64,000 nucleotides of DNA from an uncultured Planctomycetota bacterium (lineage in GTDB: Bacteria; Planctomycetota; PLA2; JAEUHO01), in the NCBI GenBank assembly GCA_963752285.1, contig CAVVXN010000005.1:800001-864000 (forward strand). Direction: 5' to 3'. The position numbers were made by a program, and so were the translations under genes. The stretch's first letter is position 1. Every line of letters begins with the position of its first letter. A model generated the notes under the pieces. The model ran no database searches. It was not told where the DNA came from and saw nothing but the letters and a program-made list of their open reading frames with translations. Of the stretch, positions 28,763-38,559 are shown one piece after another.

Positions 28763-29507
28763 CGCGTTGGCCTCCCGGAGGACCGGACGGGGTGCCGCTC
28801 CCGCCGCCCGGCGCCGTGGTGTCGCCGCCCGCCGCCCGTTCCTCCGCGCGCCACCACCGCTCGATCGCGTCGGCGTCCTGCGCGATCTCCGCGGGGGTCC
28901 CGTCCTCGCGGGGGCGTCGTCCCTCGCCGGCGACCGCGGTCAGGGCCTCCGCCGCCTCGCGCCGCTCGGCCGGCGTCCGGGCGGCGCGGTAGCGCGCCAG
29001 GAGCGCCGGTACCGCGCGGCGGTCGCCGGAGAGGGCGAGCGCCACGGCGACGGCCGCCGCGCCCTCCCCGCCGGCCTCCAGCCGCCTGAGGAGCGCGTCG
29101 GAGTGGGTTCGCGCGAGCTCGAGGAGTCTCCCCTCCCCCTTCCACGCGAACACGCGGTCGGGGAGGGAGGACTTCCACGCGAGATAGCGGACCTCGGTGT
29201 CGGGGTCGAGGGCCGGAAGCTGGTGGTTCTCGTCGAGCACGAGGAGCCACCGCGGGTCCCGCTCGTCGGGGATCGTCCGCGCGTACGCCTGCAGCGCCTC
29301 GCGACCCGCCTCGTCGAGCGTCGTGAGACGCGCGAGCGCCGCGCTCGAGGCCTCGGCGTCGGGGGAGAGCAGCCGCCCGACGTCGGCCGCGACGAGGTCC
29401 GCGGGGAGGGGACGCCGCGCGGGCTCGACGGCGAGGGGCACGCCGCGCCCCGAGGACGCGCACGCCGCGAGGAGAGAGAGCAGGAGCGCGGCGGGGAGAG
29501 CTCTCAT
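28755..29507 (-). CDS. HEAT-like lipoprotein
   Basis: MRALPAALLLSLLAAC lipobox; GDRRAVPALL HEAT-like segment; ATGA overlap with the upstream gene. Confidence 0.7.
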   Translation of the reverse strand: MRALPAALLLSLLAACASSGRGVPLAVEPARRPLPADLVAADVGRLLSPDAEASSAALARLTTLDEAGREALQAYARTIPDERDPRWLLVLDENHQLPALDPDTEVRYLAWKSSLPDRVFAWKGEGRLLELARTHSDALLRRLEAGGEGAAAVAVALALSGDRRAVPALLARYRAARTPAERREAAEALTAVAGEGRRPREDGTPAEIAQDADAIERWWRAEERAAGGDTTAPGGGSGTPSGPPGGQRDG

Positions 29508-30748
29508 TCGCCGTAGGTGAACTCCACCCGCGTGACGACGCGGGCGCGGTAGTCCTCGTACTGCTCGGGCTTCGTGAGGCTCTCGGGGACCAGCATGTCC
29601 TGGGGCGTCAGTCGGTACACGAGCCACGCCTCGCCGTGCCCCTTCTTCGCCTCGGGCACGTCCACGTAGCCCTTCTCGTCCTCGATGCCCGAGATGCGCG
29701 CGAGCGGCGGGATCTGCGTGTCGCGCCGACCCGAGTTCCGGTAGAACTTCCGGTACGTCGCCGCGTGAGAGCGCGCCTGCTGCTCGAAGTCCACCTCTCC
29801 GGGCCGCGTCTCCGCGATCGGATCGAGGATCACGCGGCCGTTCTCGTCCCAGAGCTTGACGTACGTGTCGAACGAGCGGTGGCGCGCATCCGTCGGGATG
29901 TTGTGACCCGCGCCCTTGTTCGTGACCCACACCCGGAAGCGGAAGCCCCCGCCGTCGAGGGGCTCCACGGTCACGTCGAGGTCGGCCGCCTTCTGCACGT
30001 GCGTGAGCTCGTGGCCGCCGGGCCAGGTGTGGTGCCGGCCCCTGCGGACGGGCCCGCCCTTCACGATGGGCCTCTCGACCTCGGGCATGTGGCAGTCGAG
30101 GCAGCTGGTCTCGGGACGCTTGCGCGGCTCGGTCGCGTGCGGTCCGTACGGGCCGTTCAGCCACTCGGTTCCGGTGTCGTGCTGGTTGTGGCAGCCGAAG
30201 CACATCTTCACGGGGCTCGTCTGCGCGGGGTCGTGCGTGGGGTTGCACGGGCCCGAGACGCCCTCGGTCGGGGCCGCGACGCCATCGCCCATCTGGTGAC
30301 AGCTGAGGCACGAGATCGCGTCCTCGCGACGGTCGAGTCGCGCGATCGGGGTGTCGAAGTCCACCTCGCGGAGCGGGACCGGAGCGTGGCAGCGGATGCA
30401 CTCCTCCTTGTTCTCGGGCGCGAGCTCGAGGAAGAGGTAGTCGCGCATCGCCTGGCCGTGGAGGCTCTGCTTCCACTCCTCGTAGATGGCGTCGTGGCAC
30501 GCCCCGCACTGCGCGGCGGTCCGGAACGCGTTGGCGGTCGCCGGAGCGGCGCCGCCCGCCGGCGCCGCGCCCGCGTGCGCCGCGTCGGCGGCGTTCGGGA
30601 GCGTCGGGTTCGCGGTCGGCGGGTTCTGGGGGGCCTCGCCCGTGGGGCTCGAGGCGGCCCCTCCCTTCTCCTCGCCGCCGCAGGCCGCGAGGAGGAGGGC
30701 CGGACCGAGGAGGACGGCGAGGCGGAGCAGGTTCGTCCGGGTCTTCAT
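29504..30748 (-). CDS. Multiheme (5 CxxCH) c-type cytochrome lipoprotein, c554-like N-terminal domain
   Basis: LLLAAC lipobox; CGACH, CIRCH, CLSCH, CFGCH, CLDCH; YEEWKQSLH; AGHNIPT. Confidence 0.9.
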   Translation of the reverse strand: MKTRTNLLRLAVLLGPALLLAACGGEEKGGAASSPTGEAPQNPPTANPTLPNAADAAHAGAAPAGGAAPATANAFRTAAQCGACHDAIYEEWKQSLHGQAMRDYLFLELAPENKEECIRCHAPVPLREVDFDTPIARLDRREDAISCLSCHQMGDGVAAPTEGVSGPCNPTHDPAQTSPVKMCFGCHNQHDTGTEWLNGPYGPHATEPRKRPETSCLDCHMPEVERPIVKGGPVRRGRHHTWPGGHELTHVQKAADLDVTVEPLDGGGFRFRVWVTNKGAGHNIPTDARHRSFDTYVKLWDENGRVILDPIAETRPGEVDFEQQARSHAATYRKFYRNSGRRDTQIPPLARISGIEDEKGYVDVPEAKKGHGEAWLVYRLTPQDMLVPESLTKPEQYEDYRARVVTRVEFTYGE

Positions 30749-31791
30749 CACGGCTCCTCCGCTTCGAGCGTCCACGCCGGACCGCGCACGGCGAGGTGGA
30801 CGGACGCGCCCGGCTCGACGCGCGACGACGCGTGGCCCTCCACGACCTCGCCGTCCACGCGCGCGCGCACGCGCCAGGCGGCGCCGACCGGATGGGCGTC
30901 CACGACCTCGGCCGGCACGCCCTCCGGGCCGACCTCGACCTCCTCGGGCCGAAGGACGGCGACGCACCGGGGCGTCGCGACCACGCGACCGGTCTCGAGC
31001 TCGCCGAGCGAGGTCCGGACGCGGCCGGCCGTCACCTCGCCGGGGAGTGCGGTCACGGGGCCGAGCGCCCGCGCGCCCGCGAGCGTCGCGGGTCGGAGGT
31101 ACAGGTCCTGGGGCGCGCCACGCTCGACGATCCGCCCGTGGTGGAGAACCGCGACGTCGTCCCCCATCGCCATCGCCTCGTCGGCGTCGTGGGTCACGTA
31201 GACGACGGTCGCCTCGTCCTCCGAGGCGAGCGCGCGGATCAGGCGGCGGAGGTCGCCGCGCCGGTCGGGATCGAGGTTCGCGAGCGGCTCGTCGTACAGG
31301 ACGACCGGCGGCCGTGGGGCGAGGGTCCGGGCGATCGCGACGCGCTGTCGCTCGCCGCCCGAGAGCGTCGCAGGGGCCCGTCCGAGGAGGTCCGCGATTC
31401 CCACGCGGCCGGCGAGGGACGCGACGACCGGGTGGCGGCGGGCGGCACGTCCCCGCGGGCGGCCGGGCAGGCCGAACGCGATGTTTTCCGCGACGGTCAT
31501 GTGCGGCCAGAGCTCGAGGTGCTGGAAGACGAGGCCGACGCCGCGCCGTTCGGGGTCTACGACGGAGGCGGGATCGGCCACGAGCCGTCCCGAGACCCAC
31601 ACGCGGCCGGCGTCGGCCGTCTCGAGCCCCGCGACGATGCGCAGCAGCGTGGTCTTGCCCGCGCCGCTGTGGCCGAGCAGCACGAGGACGCGCCCCGCGT
31701 GGACCTCCAGGTCCACCTCGGCGAGCGCGGACTCCTCGGTCCCCGGGTGGCGTTTCCCGAGGCCCTCGACGCGGAGCGCGGCGTCGGTCAC
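30748..31791 (-). CDS. ABC transporter ATP-binding protein (FbpC/PotA-like)
   Basis: GHSGAGKTT, VFQ, LSGGERQRVAIAR, YDEPLANLD, YVTHD, TOBE-like C-terminus. Confidence 0.92.
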   Translation of the reverse strand: MTDAALRVEGLGKRHPGTEESALAEVDLEVHAGRVLVLLGHSGAGKTTLLRIVAGLETADAGRVWVSGRLVADPASVVDPERRGVGLVFQHLELWPHMTVAENIAFGLPGRPRGRAARRHPVVASLAGRVGIADLLGRAPATLSGGERQRVAIARTLAPRPPVVLYDEPLANLDPDRRGDLRRLIRALASEDEATVVYVTHDADEAMAMGDDVAVLHHGRIVERGAPQDLYLRPATLAGARALGPVTALPGEVTAGRVRTSLGELETGRVVATPRCVAVLRPEEVEVGPEGVPAEVVDAHPVGAAWRVRARVDGEVVEGHASSRVEPGASVHLAVRGPAWTLEAEEP

Positions 31792-33803
31792 GGCGCCCTC
31801 CGGGCCGCGAGGGTCGCGAGGACGCGCTTCTCGTCGATGGGCTCCCACGCCCGCGTCGAGGGGTCGATCAGCGCGGCGTAGAAGGAGTGCGGCAGGCTCA
31901 GCGCCCGCCGGAGGAGGTCCCACCACGCGAGGCGCAGATAGCGTTGCGGGCTCTCGAGCCCGGCCTTCACCTGGGGCCACGCGTCCTTCGGACCGAGCTG
32001 CACGAGCTCGTTCACCGTGTAGGCCATCGAGTACTCGCGGTCGTCCGCGCCGAACCGCGCGCGGAACGCGGCGAGGTCGTGGGCCTGGACGGCCCGGCGC
32101 ACGCGGTCCGAGACCGGCGCCGCGACGAGCGCCTGCATCGCGGCGATCGCGACCGCCGACTCGGGGTCGTCGAGACCCGCGAGGAGCGCGTCCAGGATGC
32201 GACCGGGTTCCGTGCCGGCCGCGGGGTCGAGGTACGCGCCGAGCGACTCCGCCGCCCGGGACCGCAGGAACGGCGACGCGTCCGAGAAGAGCTCCAGGAG
32301 CCGGTCGATGGCGCGCGGGTCGTCCACGAAGCCCAGCGCCCGCAGGATCTCCGCCCTGAGCACGGTGCTCTCGGCGACGTCGAGCGTCTGGAGCAGCACC
32401 GGGGTGGCCGCCGGCCCGAGGAGCTCGCACGTCTCCTGCGCCATCTGCTGTTCGCCGGCCTGCCGCCCGCGGAGCTGCTCGACCATGCTCCGCGCGGCCG
32501 CGCGGAGCTCGGGGTTCGTCTCGTCGAGCGCGCGCCCCACCGGCCAGCGCTCGTGACGGTGCCGGTCCCACCACCTCGTCAGCGCCTCGAACTCCTCCTG
32601 ACGCTGGGGCAGGCCCGCGTCCGTGTTGTACCTCGGCGCGTCCTCGGGCAGGACGCGCCGGAGCGCGTCCCAGGCGTCCTGGAGCACCCGGATCCGGAAG
32701 TTCGACTTCTTGGGGTCCAGCTTGTTGCGGATGAGCCACCCGATCGCGTTTCGCACGCCGAGGCGCAGGAGCGAGTCCGCCGCGGCGCAGTCCACCACGA
32801 AGTAGTCGATGGTCGGCCACTGGTCGCCTGGGATCGTCGTCTCGCCTTCGCCGGGCCAGACCCACTGGTCGCGCGGCCGGAGGACGTCGCCGCGGTACGT
32901 GATCTTGCGGCACAGCGGGATGACCGCGGCGGGATCGCCGAGGTCTCCGAGCGCGGTGGCGGCGGCCACCTGCAGCCACCCGTCGGGGGCATCGAGCGCG
33001 TCCAGGAGCGCGGGAGTCGCGCGATGGTCTCCGATGACGCCGAGCGCCACGGCGGCGCGACAGGCGCGGGGCCAGCGTCCGGGCGGGCCGTCGGGCCCGG
33101 TGGCACGGGACACCTCGACCGCGAGCGGTTCGACGGCCGCCGCGCCGAGCTTCACCAGACGGTCGAGGCCGTCCCGGGATCGGGTGACGTCGTCGCGCTC
33201 GGCCTCGTCGAGGGCCGCGGCCACCCCGCGCTGACCCTCGACGGCGCGGTGCAGGGCGGCCTGGTCGAGCGTCGCGATCGAGGCCCGCGTCGCCGCGTCC
33301 ACCAGCAGGTCTCGCTCGAGCGTCGCGCGCACGGCCGGGGAAGGCGGCCACGCGGCGGTCACCTCGTCGGCGACGTTCGGGGACCGACGGCCGACCAGGA
33401 GGCCCGCCGCGGCGTACGCCGAGGTCGCCGCGGGGTCCGACGTGCTCTCGAGCAGGGCGTCCACGCGCTCCACGGCGTCCTGCACCCGCTCGTCCGGAAG
33501 GAAGCCGGCGTCGCGGGCCCGCACGAGGAGCCAGAGCCCGGTCTCGGGGTCCACGGGAAGGAGGGAGAGGCCGGCCTCGAGGCCGGTCTCGGGGTCGCCG
33601 GAGGCCTTCCCCGCGAGCGCGCGCTGCGCCGCCGCGAGGCGCTCCGCGCGCGGGAGCGAGGACCGCAGGACCTCGCGCAGCGCGGAGTCGACGGACTCGG
33701 CGTCCGCCGTGTCTCCCTCGGCGCGGACGCCTGGGGGGAGCCCGGTAGCGAGGATTACCGCCGCCACACACCACGTCGTCCAGGAGATACGCTTCCAGTC
33801 CAT
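31788..33803 (-). CDS. Secreted HEAT-repeat protein
   Basis: Signal peptide; HEAT repeats (ALGVIGDHRATPALLDAL, ALGDLGDPAAVIPL, ALGFVDDPRAIDRLL). Confidence 0.8.
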   Translation of the reverse strand: MDWKRISWTTWCVAAVILATGLPPGVRAEGDTADAESVDSALREVLRSSLPRAERLAAAQRALAGKASGDPETGLEAGLSLLPVDPETGLWLLVRARDAGFLPDERVQDAVERVDALLESTSDPAATSAYAAAGLLVGRRSPNVADEVTAAWPPSPAVRATLERDLLVDAATRASIATLDQAALHRAVEGQRGVAAALDEAERDDVTRSRDGLDRLVKLGAAAVEPLAVEVSRATGPDGPPGRWPRACRAAVALGVIGDHRATPALLDALDAPDGWLQVAAATALGDLGDPAAVIPLCRKITYRGDVLRPRDQWVWPGEGETTIPGDQWPTIDYFVVDCAAADSLLRLGVRNAIGWLIRNKLDPKKSNFRIRVLQDAWDALRRVLPEDAPRYNTDAGLPQRQEEFEALTRWWDRHRHERWPVGRALDETNPELRAAARSMVEQLRGRQAGEQQMAQETCELLGPAATPVLLQTLDVAESTVLRAEILRALGFVDDPRAIDRLLELFSDASPFLRSRAAESLGAYLDPAAGTEPGRILDALLAGLDDPESAVAIAAMQALVAAPVSDRVRRAVQAHDLAAFRARFGADDREYSMAYTVNELVQLGPKDAWPQVKAGLESPQRYLRLAWWDLLRRALSLPHSFYAALIDPSTRAWEPIDEKRVLATLAARRAP

Positions 33804-35171
33804 TCACGCCTCGGGGGAATCGACGGGGAACTCGGCTCGCACGCGTCGTACCGCGTCCTCCAGGGTCGTGACCTCGCCCTCGAGCTGGAGGTCGCGCACC
33901 CACGAGAGGATCCGGCCGATCCGCGGTCCGGGCCGGTGACCCATCTCGATCAGGTGACGGCCCGTCAAGACCGGCGGAGGCAGGATCGGCTCGGCCGCGT
34001 ACCGGCGCCTCTCCTCCTCGACCCAGGCCACGAGCGAGGTGTCGCCGTGGCTCGCGCCGCAGTCCGCGGCGTGGAGCCTCAGGTGCAGGTCGATCTCCGG
34101 GACGGCGAGGAGGCGGCGCCGCTTCGCGGGTCGCATGTCGGGCAGGCTCGCGAGGCGCATGTGCGTCTTCACGAGCTCGGCGACGCGCTCGACCCGCTTG
34201 CGCGGCATGCGGAGCCGTTCGAGCACGGCCGTCGCCATCTCGGCTCCGAGCGCGTCGTGTCCCGAGAAGCGGATGCGCCCGTCGGGGTCCCGCGTGAGCG
34301 TCGGTGGCTTCGCGACGTCGTGCAGGAGCGCGGCGAGGAGCAGGTCGCCCCGCTCGTCCGGGTCGGAGAACCCCGACACGTCCGTGCCGTCGAGGACGAG
34401 GCACGTGTGCACGAAGACGTCGCCTTCCGGGTGGAACTGCGGGGGTTGCGGCACGCCGCGCATCGCGTCGATCTCGGGGAGCACGATCGAAAGGAGCCCC
34501 GCGTCGCGGAGCAGCCGGAGCGCCCGTCCCCGGCCCGGATCGAGCATCTTGAGGATCTCGTCGCGCACGCGTTCGTGGCTCACGGTCCCGACGAGCGGCG
34601 CGAGGCGCCGGATCGCCTCGCGGGTCCCGGGCTCGATCGCGAACCCGAGCTCTGCGGCGAAGCGCACCGCGCGCAGCATGCGCAGGTGGTCCTCCCGGAA
34701 GCGGGCCTCGGGATCGCCGATCGCGCGGACGAGCCGCGCCGCGAGGTCGGCGCGGCCCCCGACGTAGTCGAGGACCTCGCCCGTCTCGGGCTCCTCGAAG
34801 AGCCCATTGACGGTGAAGTCGCGACGCCGTGCGTCCCGCTCGGGGTCGGAGTAGCGAACCGTCGCCGGCCGACGGCCGTCCACGTACAGACCGTCGTCGC
34901 GGAACGTGGCCACCTCGACGTCGTGACGCTCGTGCGGCACGACGACGACGCCGAACCGCGCGCCGACCATCACGCCGCGGGGGAAGAGCCGCTTCACCTC
35001 TTCCGGGGGCGCCGACGTCGCCACGTCGTAGTCGCCGGGCCGACGGCCGAGCAGGCGGTCGCGCACCGCGCCCCCGCAGAAGAGGGCGCGGTGTCCAGCG
35101 GCGGCCAGGGTTCGCGCCACGGCGAGGGCGACCGCCCGGGCCTCGTCCTCGGGAGACGTCGGGCGGGGCAT
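33804..35171 (-). CDS. cca: CCA tRNA nucleotidyltransferase with HD domain
   Basis: GGAVRD..LG..PGDYDVAT, EVATFR, DARRRDFTVN, EDHLRMLRAVRF, HPEGDVFVHT, LLHDVAKP. Confidence 0.9.
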   Translation of the reverse strand: MPRPTSPEDEARAVALAVARTLAAAGHRALFCGGAVRDRLLGRRPGDYDVATSAPPEEVKRLFPRGVMVGARFGVVVVPHERHDVEVATFRDDGLYVDGRRPATVRYSDPERDARRRDFTVNGLFEEPETGEVLDYVGGRADLAARLVRAIGDPEARFREDHLRMLRAVRFAAELGFAIEPGTREAIRRLAPLVGTVSHERVRDEILKMLDPGRGRALRLLRDAGLLSIVLPEIDAMRGVPQPPQFHPEGDVFVHTCLVLDGTDVSGFSDPDERGDLLLAALLHDVAKPPTLTRDPDGRIRFSGHDALGAEMATAVLERLRMPRKRVERVAELVKTHMRLASLPDMRPAKRRRLLAVPEIDLHLRLHAADCGASHGDTSLVAWVEEERRRYAAEPILPPPVLTGRHLIEMGHRPGPRIGRILSWVRDLQLEGEVTTLEDAVRRVRAEFPVDSPEA

Positions 35172-35183
35172 CGGGGGCGGATT

Positions 35184-37373
35184 CTACGTCCGCTCGGCGC
35201 GGCGCTTCCGCCGCTTCGCCACGACGTCCCGAAGCCGCTCCAGGTGGGCCCAGGCCGCCTGGGTCGACCCGGCGTCGAGCGCACGGCTCGCGTAGCGGAC
35301 GAGCTCGTGGGCCTTCGTGACCTCCAGGAGGTCCGGCCGGGCCTCCGGGGCCCACGTCGTCACCTCGGTCAGGAACTCGCGCGGGGTGACCGCGCGGCGC
35401 CGGACGAGCCCGGCCGACGCGAGGGCCCGGAGGGCCTCGCGATACGGCTCGCGCGGCGCGTGGGCCCCCGCCGGGGCGTGCCGCGCGACGTAGGACCGCC
35501 GCGCGCGGCTTCCGAGACCGAGGAGGAACAGGAGGATCACCGCGGCGAACACCGGGCGTGGGCCGCTCAGCAGGAAGCTCACCGGCGCCGCGATCCACGA
35601 CGACACCGACGCCACGACGCGCCGGACCACCTCGCGGGGGTCGAAGCCGAGGAGCCTGCGGAGCCAGTCGCCCTCGGGCGCCCTCTCCGGCCCCTCGGGG
35701 TTCTCGGCAGCCTGCGTCCGCGTCGCGTCCGCGGCGTTCATGTCGGCCGGCGTCGGGTCGAGCGGGATCCAGCCGGGTCCCTCCAGGTACATCTCGGTCC
35801 ACGCGTGGTAGTTGCTGCCACGGACGACCCACGTGTCGCGCGCCATCTCCTGCTGGTCGCCGCCCCGGAATCCGCGTACGACGCGCGACGGGTGTCCGAG
35901 CGCGCGGAGCATCAGGGTCAGGGCGGCGGCGAAGTACTCGCAGTGGCCGCGGCGCGCGGAGAGCACGAAGTCCACGACGGGCGTCCGCGAGTCCACGCGC
36001 GGCATCTCGAGCGTGTACGTGAAGTCCGGGCCCTGGAGCCAGCTCGAGAGGAGCACCGCCCGGCGCCACGGGTTCGTCTCGCTCCCCACCACGCGCCGCG
36101 CGACCTGGACCAGCGGCCGGCACGACGCCGGGAGCGCCAGGTAGGACGGGCGCGGCGCCACGCCCGCGTCCGAACGCGCGCGAACGAGGGCCGCGGGGTC
36201 CGTCACCGGCGGGACGACGCGGAGGTCGATGCGATCGTCCACGCGAAGCATCGACGTGGAGTCCACCTGTTCGTTGTCGAGCCGCCGGAGCGTCGTCGCG
36301 AGCGGCACGCCGTCGCGGAGGACGCGGAGCCGGACCACGTCGCGTTGGAGGTAGAGGCGGTGGATGTCGCCCCGCACGAGGAGGATCCGTGCGTCGTACC
36401 CACGGAGCGTGTCGTCGGGCTTCCCGAGGTCGAACCAACCGCCGCCGGCGGAGGCGATGCGCTCGGGCGCGCGCACACCCGCGCCGGTCGCGCTGGTCCA
36501 CGTGCCGTCCCGGTACACGTCGTACGTGTTCTCCCGCAGGAACGGCGTGCGGCCCGGGGGGAGGCGCATGAGGAAGTAGGGGTTCAGGTCGAGCTTGATG
36601 CGCCCGACGTCCCCGAGTCGGATGCCCTTCGATCCCTCATCCGGCCCCGTGCGGTCCCCCGCACCCCGGTCCGGGCCGGGATCGCCTCCGTCGTCGCCGG
36701 CGGCGCCGGCGCGCGCGCCGCCGGCGAAGGGCAGGTGCCGCGGGGTCACGACCCACAGCAGCCCGCCGACGACGAACCCGAAGAGCGAGAGCCCGACGAG
36801 CGCCCGTACGTACGCCCCCACCGGGACGGCCGCCGGGTCGCCGGCGCGTACGTGGCGCCAGCCAGGGCCCGCCGGACGCATGTCCTCGACCGACATGCGG
36901 CGTTCGAAGAGGAGCGCCGCCGCGAGGAGCGCGAAGAGCGCGAGGACCGTCAGGCCGAGACCGGCCGCGTCGTCGGCGACGAAGGCCGCGCCCGTGACCT
37001 GCGTCGTCGAGAGGAGCAGGGTCAGGAACGTCGCGAAGGGCGATTGCGCCTCCGCGAGGAGCACCGCTTCGCCGATCGCGAGGAGCACGAGCAGGCCCGC
37101 GAGCGGCGGGAGAAGGGTGCGCGTCATCGCGGCGAGCACGAGGAAGCCCGCGAGAGCCGCCAGGGCGCGGAGGGCGACGCGGACGCGCCACGGGGCGAGC
37201 GCCTGGCCGCCGGCCCCCCGCAGGGTGCGCCACGCCCCGACGAGCACGAGCGCCGCGCCGACCTGCCACGGGAACCCGGGCACGCGCAGCGTCGGGAGCA
37301 CGCTCACGAGCGCGAGCACGCCCAACATGGCGTGCACGCTCGGCGCCCGCCGGCGGGTTCGGGCCCTGGTCAC
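35184..37373 (-). CDS. Membrane transglutaminase-like protein (TgpA/DUF3488 type)
   Basis: N-terminal TM helices; catalytic triad motifs GHCEYFA, HAWTE, LDPTP. Confidence 0.88.
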   Translation of the reverse strand: MTRARTRRRAPSVHAMLGVLALVSVLPTLRVPGFPWQVGAALVLVGAWRTLRGAGGQALAPWRVRVALRALAALAGFLVLAAMTRTLLPPLAGLLVLLAIGEAVLLAEAQSPFATFLTLLLSTTQVTGAAFVADDAAGLGLTVLALFALLAAALLFERRMSVEDMRPAGPGWRHVRAGDPAAVPVGAYVRALVGLSLFGFVVGGLLWVVTPRHLPFAGGARAGAAGDDGGDPGPDRGAGDRTGPDEGSKGIRLGDVGRIKLDLNPYFLMRLPPGRTPFLRENTYDVYRDGTWTSATGAGVRAPERIASAGGGWFDLGKPDDTLRGYDARILLVRGDIHRLYLQRDVVRLRVLRDGVPLATTLRRLDNEQVDSTSMLRVDDRIDLRVVPPVTDPAALVRARSDAGVAPRPSYLALPASCRPLVQVARRVVGSETNPWRRAVLLSSWLQGPDFTYTLEMPRVDSRTPVVDFVLSARRGHCEYFAAALTLMLRALGHPSRVVRGFRGGDQQEMARDTWVVRGSNYHAWTEMYLEGPGWIPLDPTPADMNAADATRTQAAENPEGPERAPEGDWLRRLLGFDPREVVRRVVASVSSWIAAPVSFLLSGPRPVFAAVILLFLLGLGSRARRSYVARHAPAGAHAPREPYREALRALASAGLVRRRAVTPREFLTEVTTWAPEARPDLLEVTKAHELVRYASRALDAGSTQAAWAHLERLRDVVAKRRKRRAERT

Positions 37374-38539
37374 GGGAGGCCCCGCACGTAGCGGCGGACC
37401 ACCGGCTGGTCGGCACGGAGGAAGAGGCCCGTCCCCTCCCGGCCGGCCGCCTCGTCGAGACGACGCTCCACGCCGGGCTCGGGCCCGGTCGCCACGTACA
37501 CCACGACGCGGTGGCCGGACCGGCGTCCGAGCAGACGCAGCGCGGCGCGCGGGCGACGGCCCCCCTGGGGGCGGACCTCGGCGAGCGCGTCGAGGTCGGC
37601 GCCGAGCATGGCGCGGCTGCGTGTGTCCACGCGGTCGCCGGTCCGCCCGAGGTACAGGCGCGCGCGCAGGCCGTGCTGGGCGGCGGCCCTCAACACGGTC
37701 GCCGAGACGCTCACCGCGCGTTCGAAGTCGCCGGCGGCGCTCGGCCCCACGCCCGCGCCGCGCCCCAGGATCACGACGACCTCGCGTCCCTCCTCGCGAT
37801 GCCACTCGGCCACGGCCAGGGACCCGAGCCGCGCGGTCGTCCGCCAGTGGATGCGCCGCGGGTCGTCCCCCTCGCGATACTCGCGAACGCCGTGGAACAC
37901 GTCGTCCCCGACGAGCCGCGCACTCGGCCGATGGTCGGCGTGGAGGCGTCCCCGGAGCAGGTCCCGCAGGCGTGGCGTCGGGCGCCCCTCGCGCGGGCGG
38001 ACGAGGATCTCGCCGCCCTCCAAAGCGCGGTGCTCGGCGCGGTACAGTCCGAGCGGCCAGCGGCTGTGGACGAGCGGCGGCGTCACGTGGACGCGCCCGC
38101 GGCGCGTCGGCTCGACGGGGACGGTTCCCACGACCCGGCCGCCGGGCGGGAGCGGGGCCACCGAGACACGGAGGCCCTGGGGGCGGGCCCCGGGGGGCAT
38201 CCGGTCCTCTACCGTCAGGCCGATCGCCGTGGTCCGCCCCGCGTTCCGGATCTCGTACTCGAGCCGCGCCGCGACACCGACGCGCCCCCGGGCGGGCACG
38301 ACCCGCGTCACCTCGACGCCCCGCAGGTTCCTACGGGCGAGGCGACGGGTGCCGAAGATCGTCGCGAGCGAGACCGCGCCCACCAGGAACACGAGGTCCT
38401 CGCCGAGGAGGAGGGCGGCGACCGAGAAGGCGAGGACGAAGAGTCCCAGGACCCGCCCCTCGAAGGAGAGCCCCAGCGCGTGCTCCCCGGGCGGCAGCGC
38501 GCGTCCCGCGGTGCGCGACGGGGTGAGCGCGGTTCTCAC
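37370..38539 (-). CDS. DUF58 domain protein
   Basis: WPLGLY, FHGVREYREGDDPRRIHWRTTAR, FERAVSVSAT; GTGA overlap with the transglutaminase gene. Confidence 0.9.
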   Translation of the reverse strand: MRTALTPSRTAGRALPPGEHALGLSFEGRVLGLFVLAFSVAALLLGEDLVFLVGAVSLATIFGTRRLARRNLRGVEVTRVVPARGRVGVAARLEYEIRNAGRTTAIGLTVEDRMPPGARPQGLRVSVAPLPPGGRVVGTVPVEPTRRGRVHVTPPLVHSRWPLGLYRAEHRALEGGEILVRPREGRPTPRLRDLLRGRLHADHRPSARLVGDDVFHGVREYREGDDPRRIHWRTTARLGSLAVAEWHREEGREVVVILGRGAGVGPSAAGDFERAVSVSATVLRAAAQHGLRARLYLGRTGDRVDTRSRAMLGADLDALAEVRPQGGRRPRAALRLLGRRSGHRVVVYVATGPEPGVERRLDEAAGREGTGLFLRADQPVVRRYVRGLP

Positions 38540-38559
38540 GGTGGGAGTATACGGAGGCC

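Noticed and set aside
30486..37391. Very long ORFs such as the 2301-aa plus-strand ORF and most of the 1917-aa minus-strand ORF
   Set aside because: Shadow or off-frame ORFs over well-supported genes; Arg/Pro/Gly-rich translations typical of high-GC DNA
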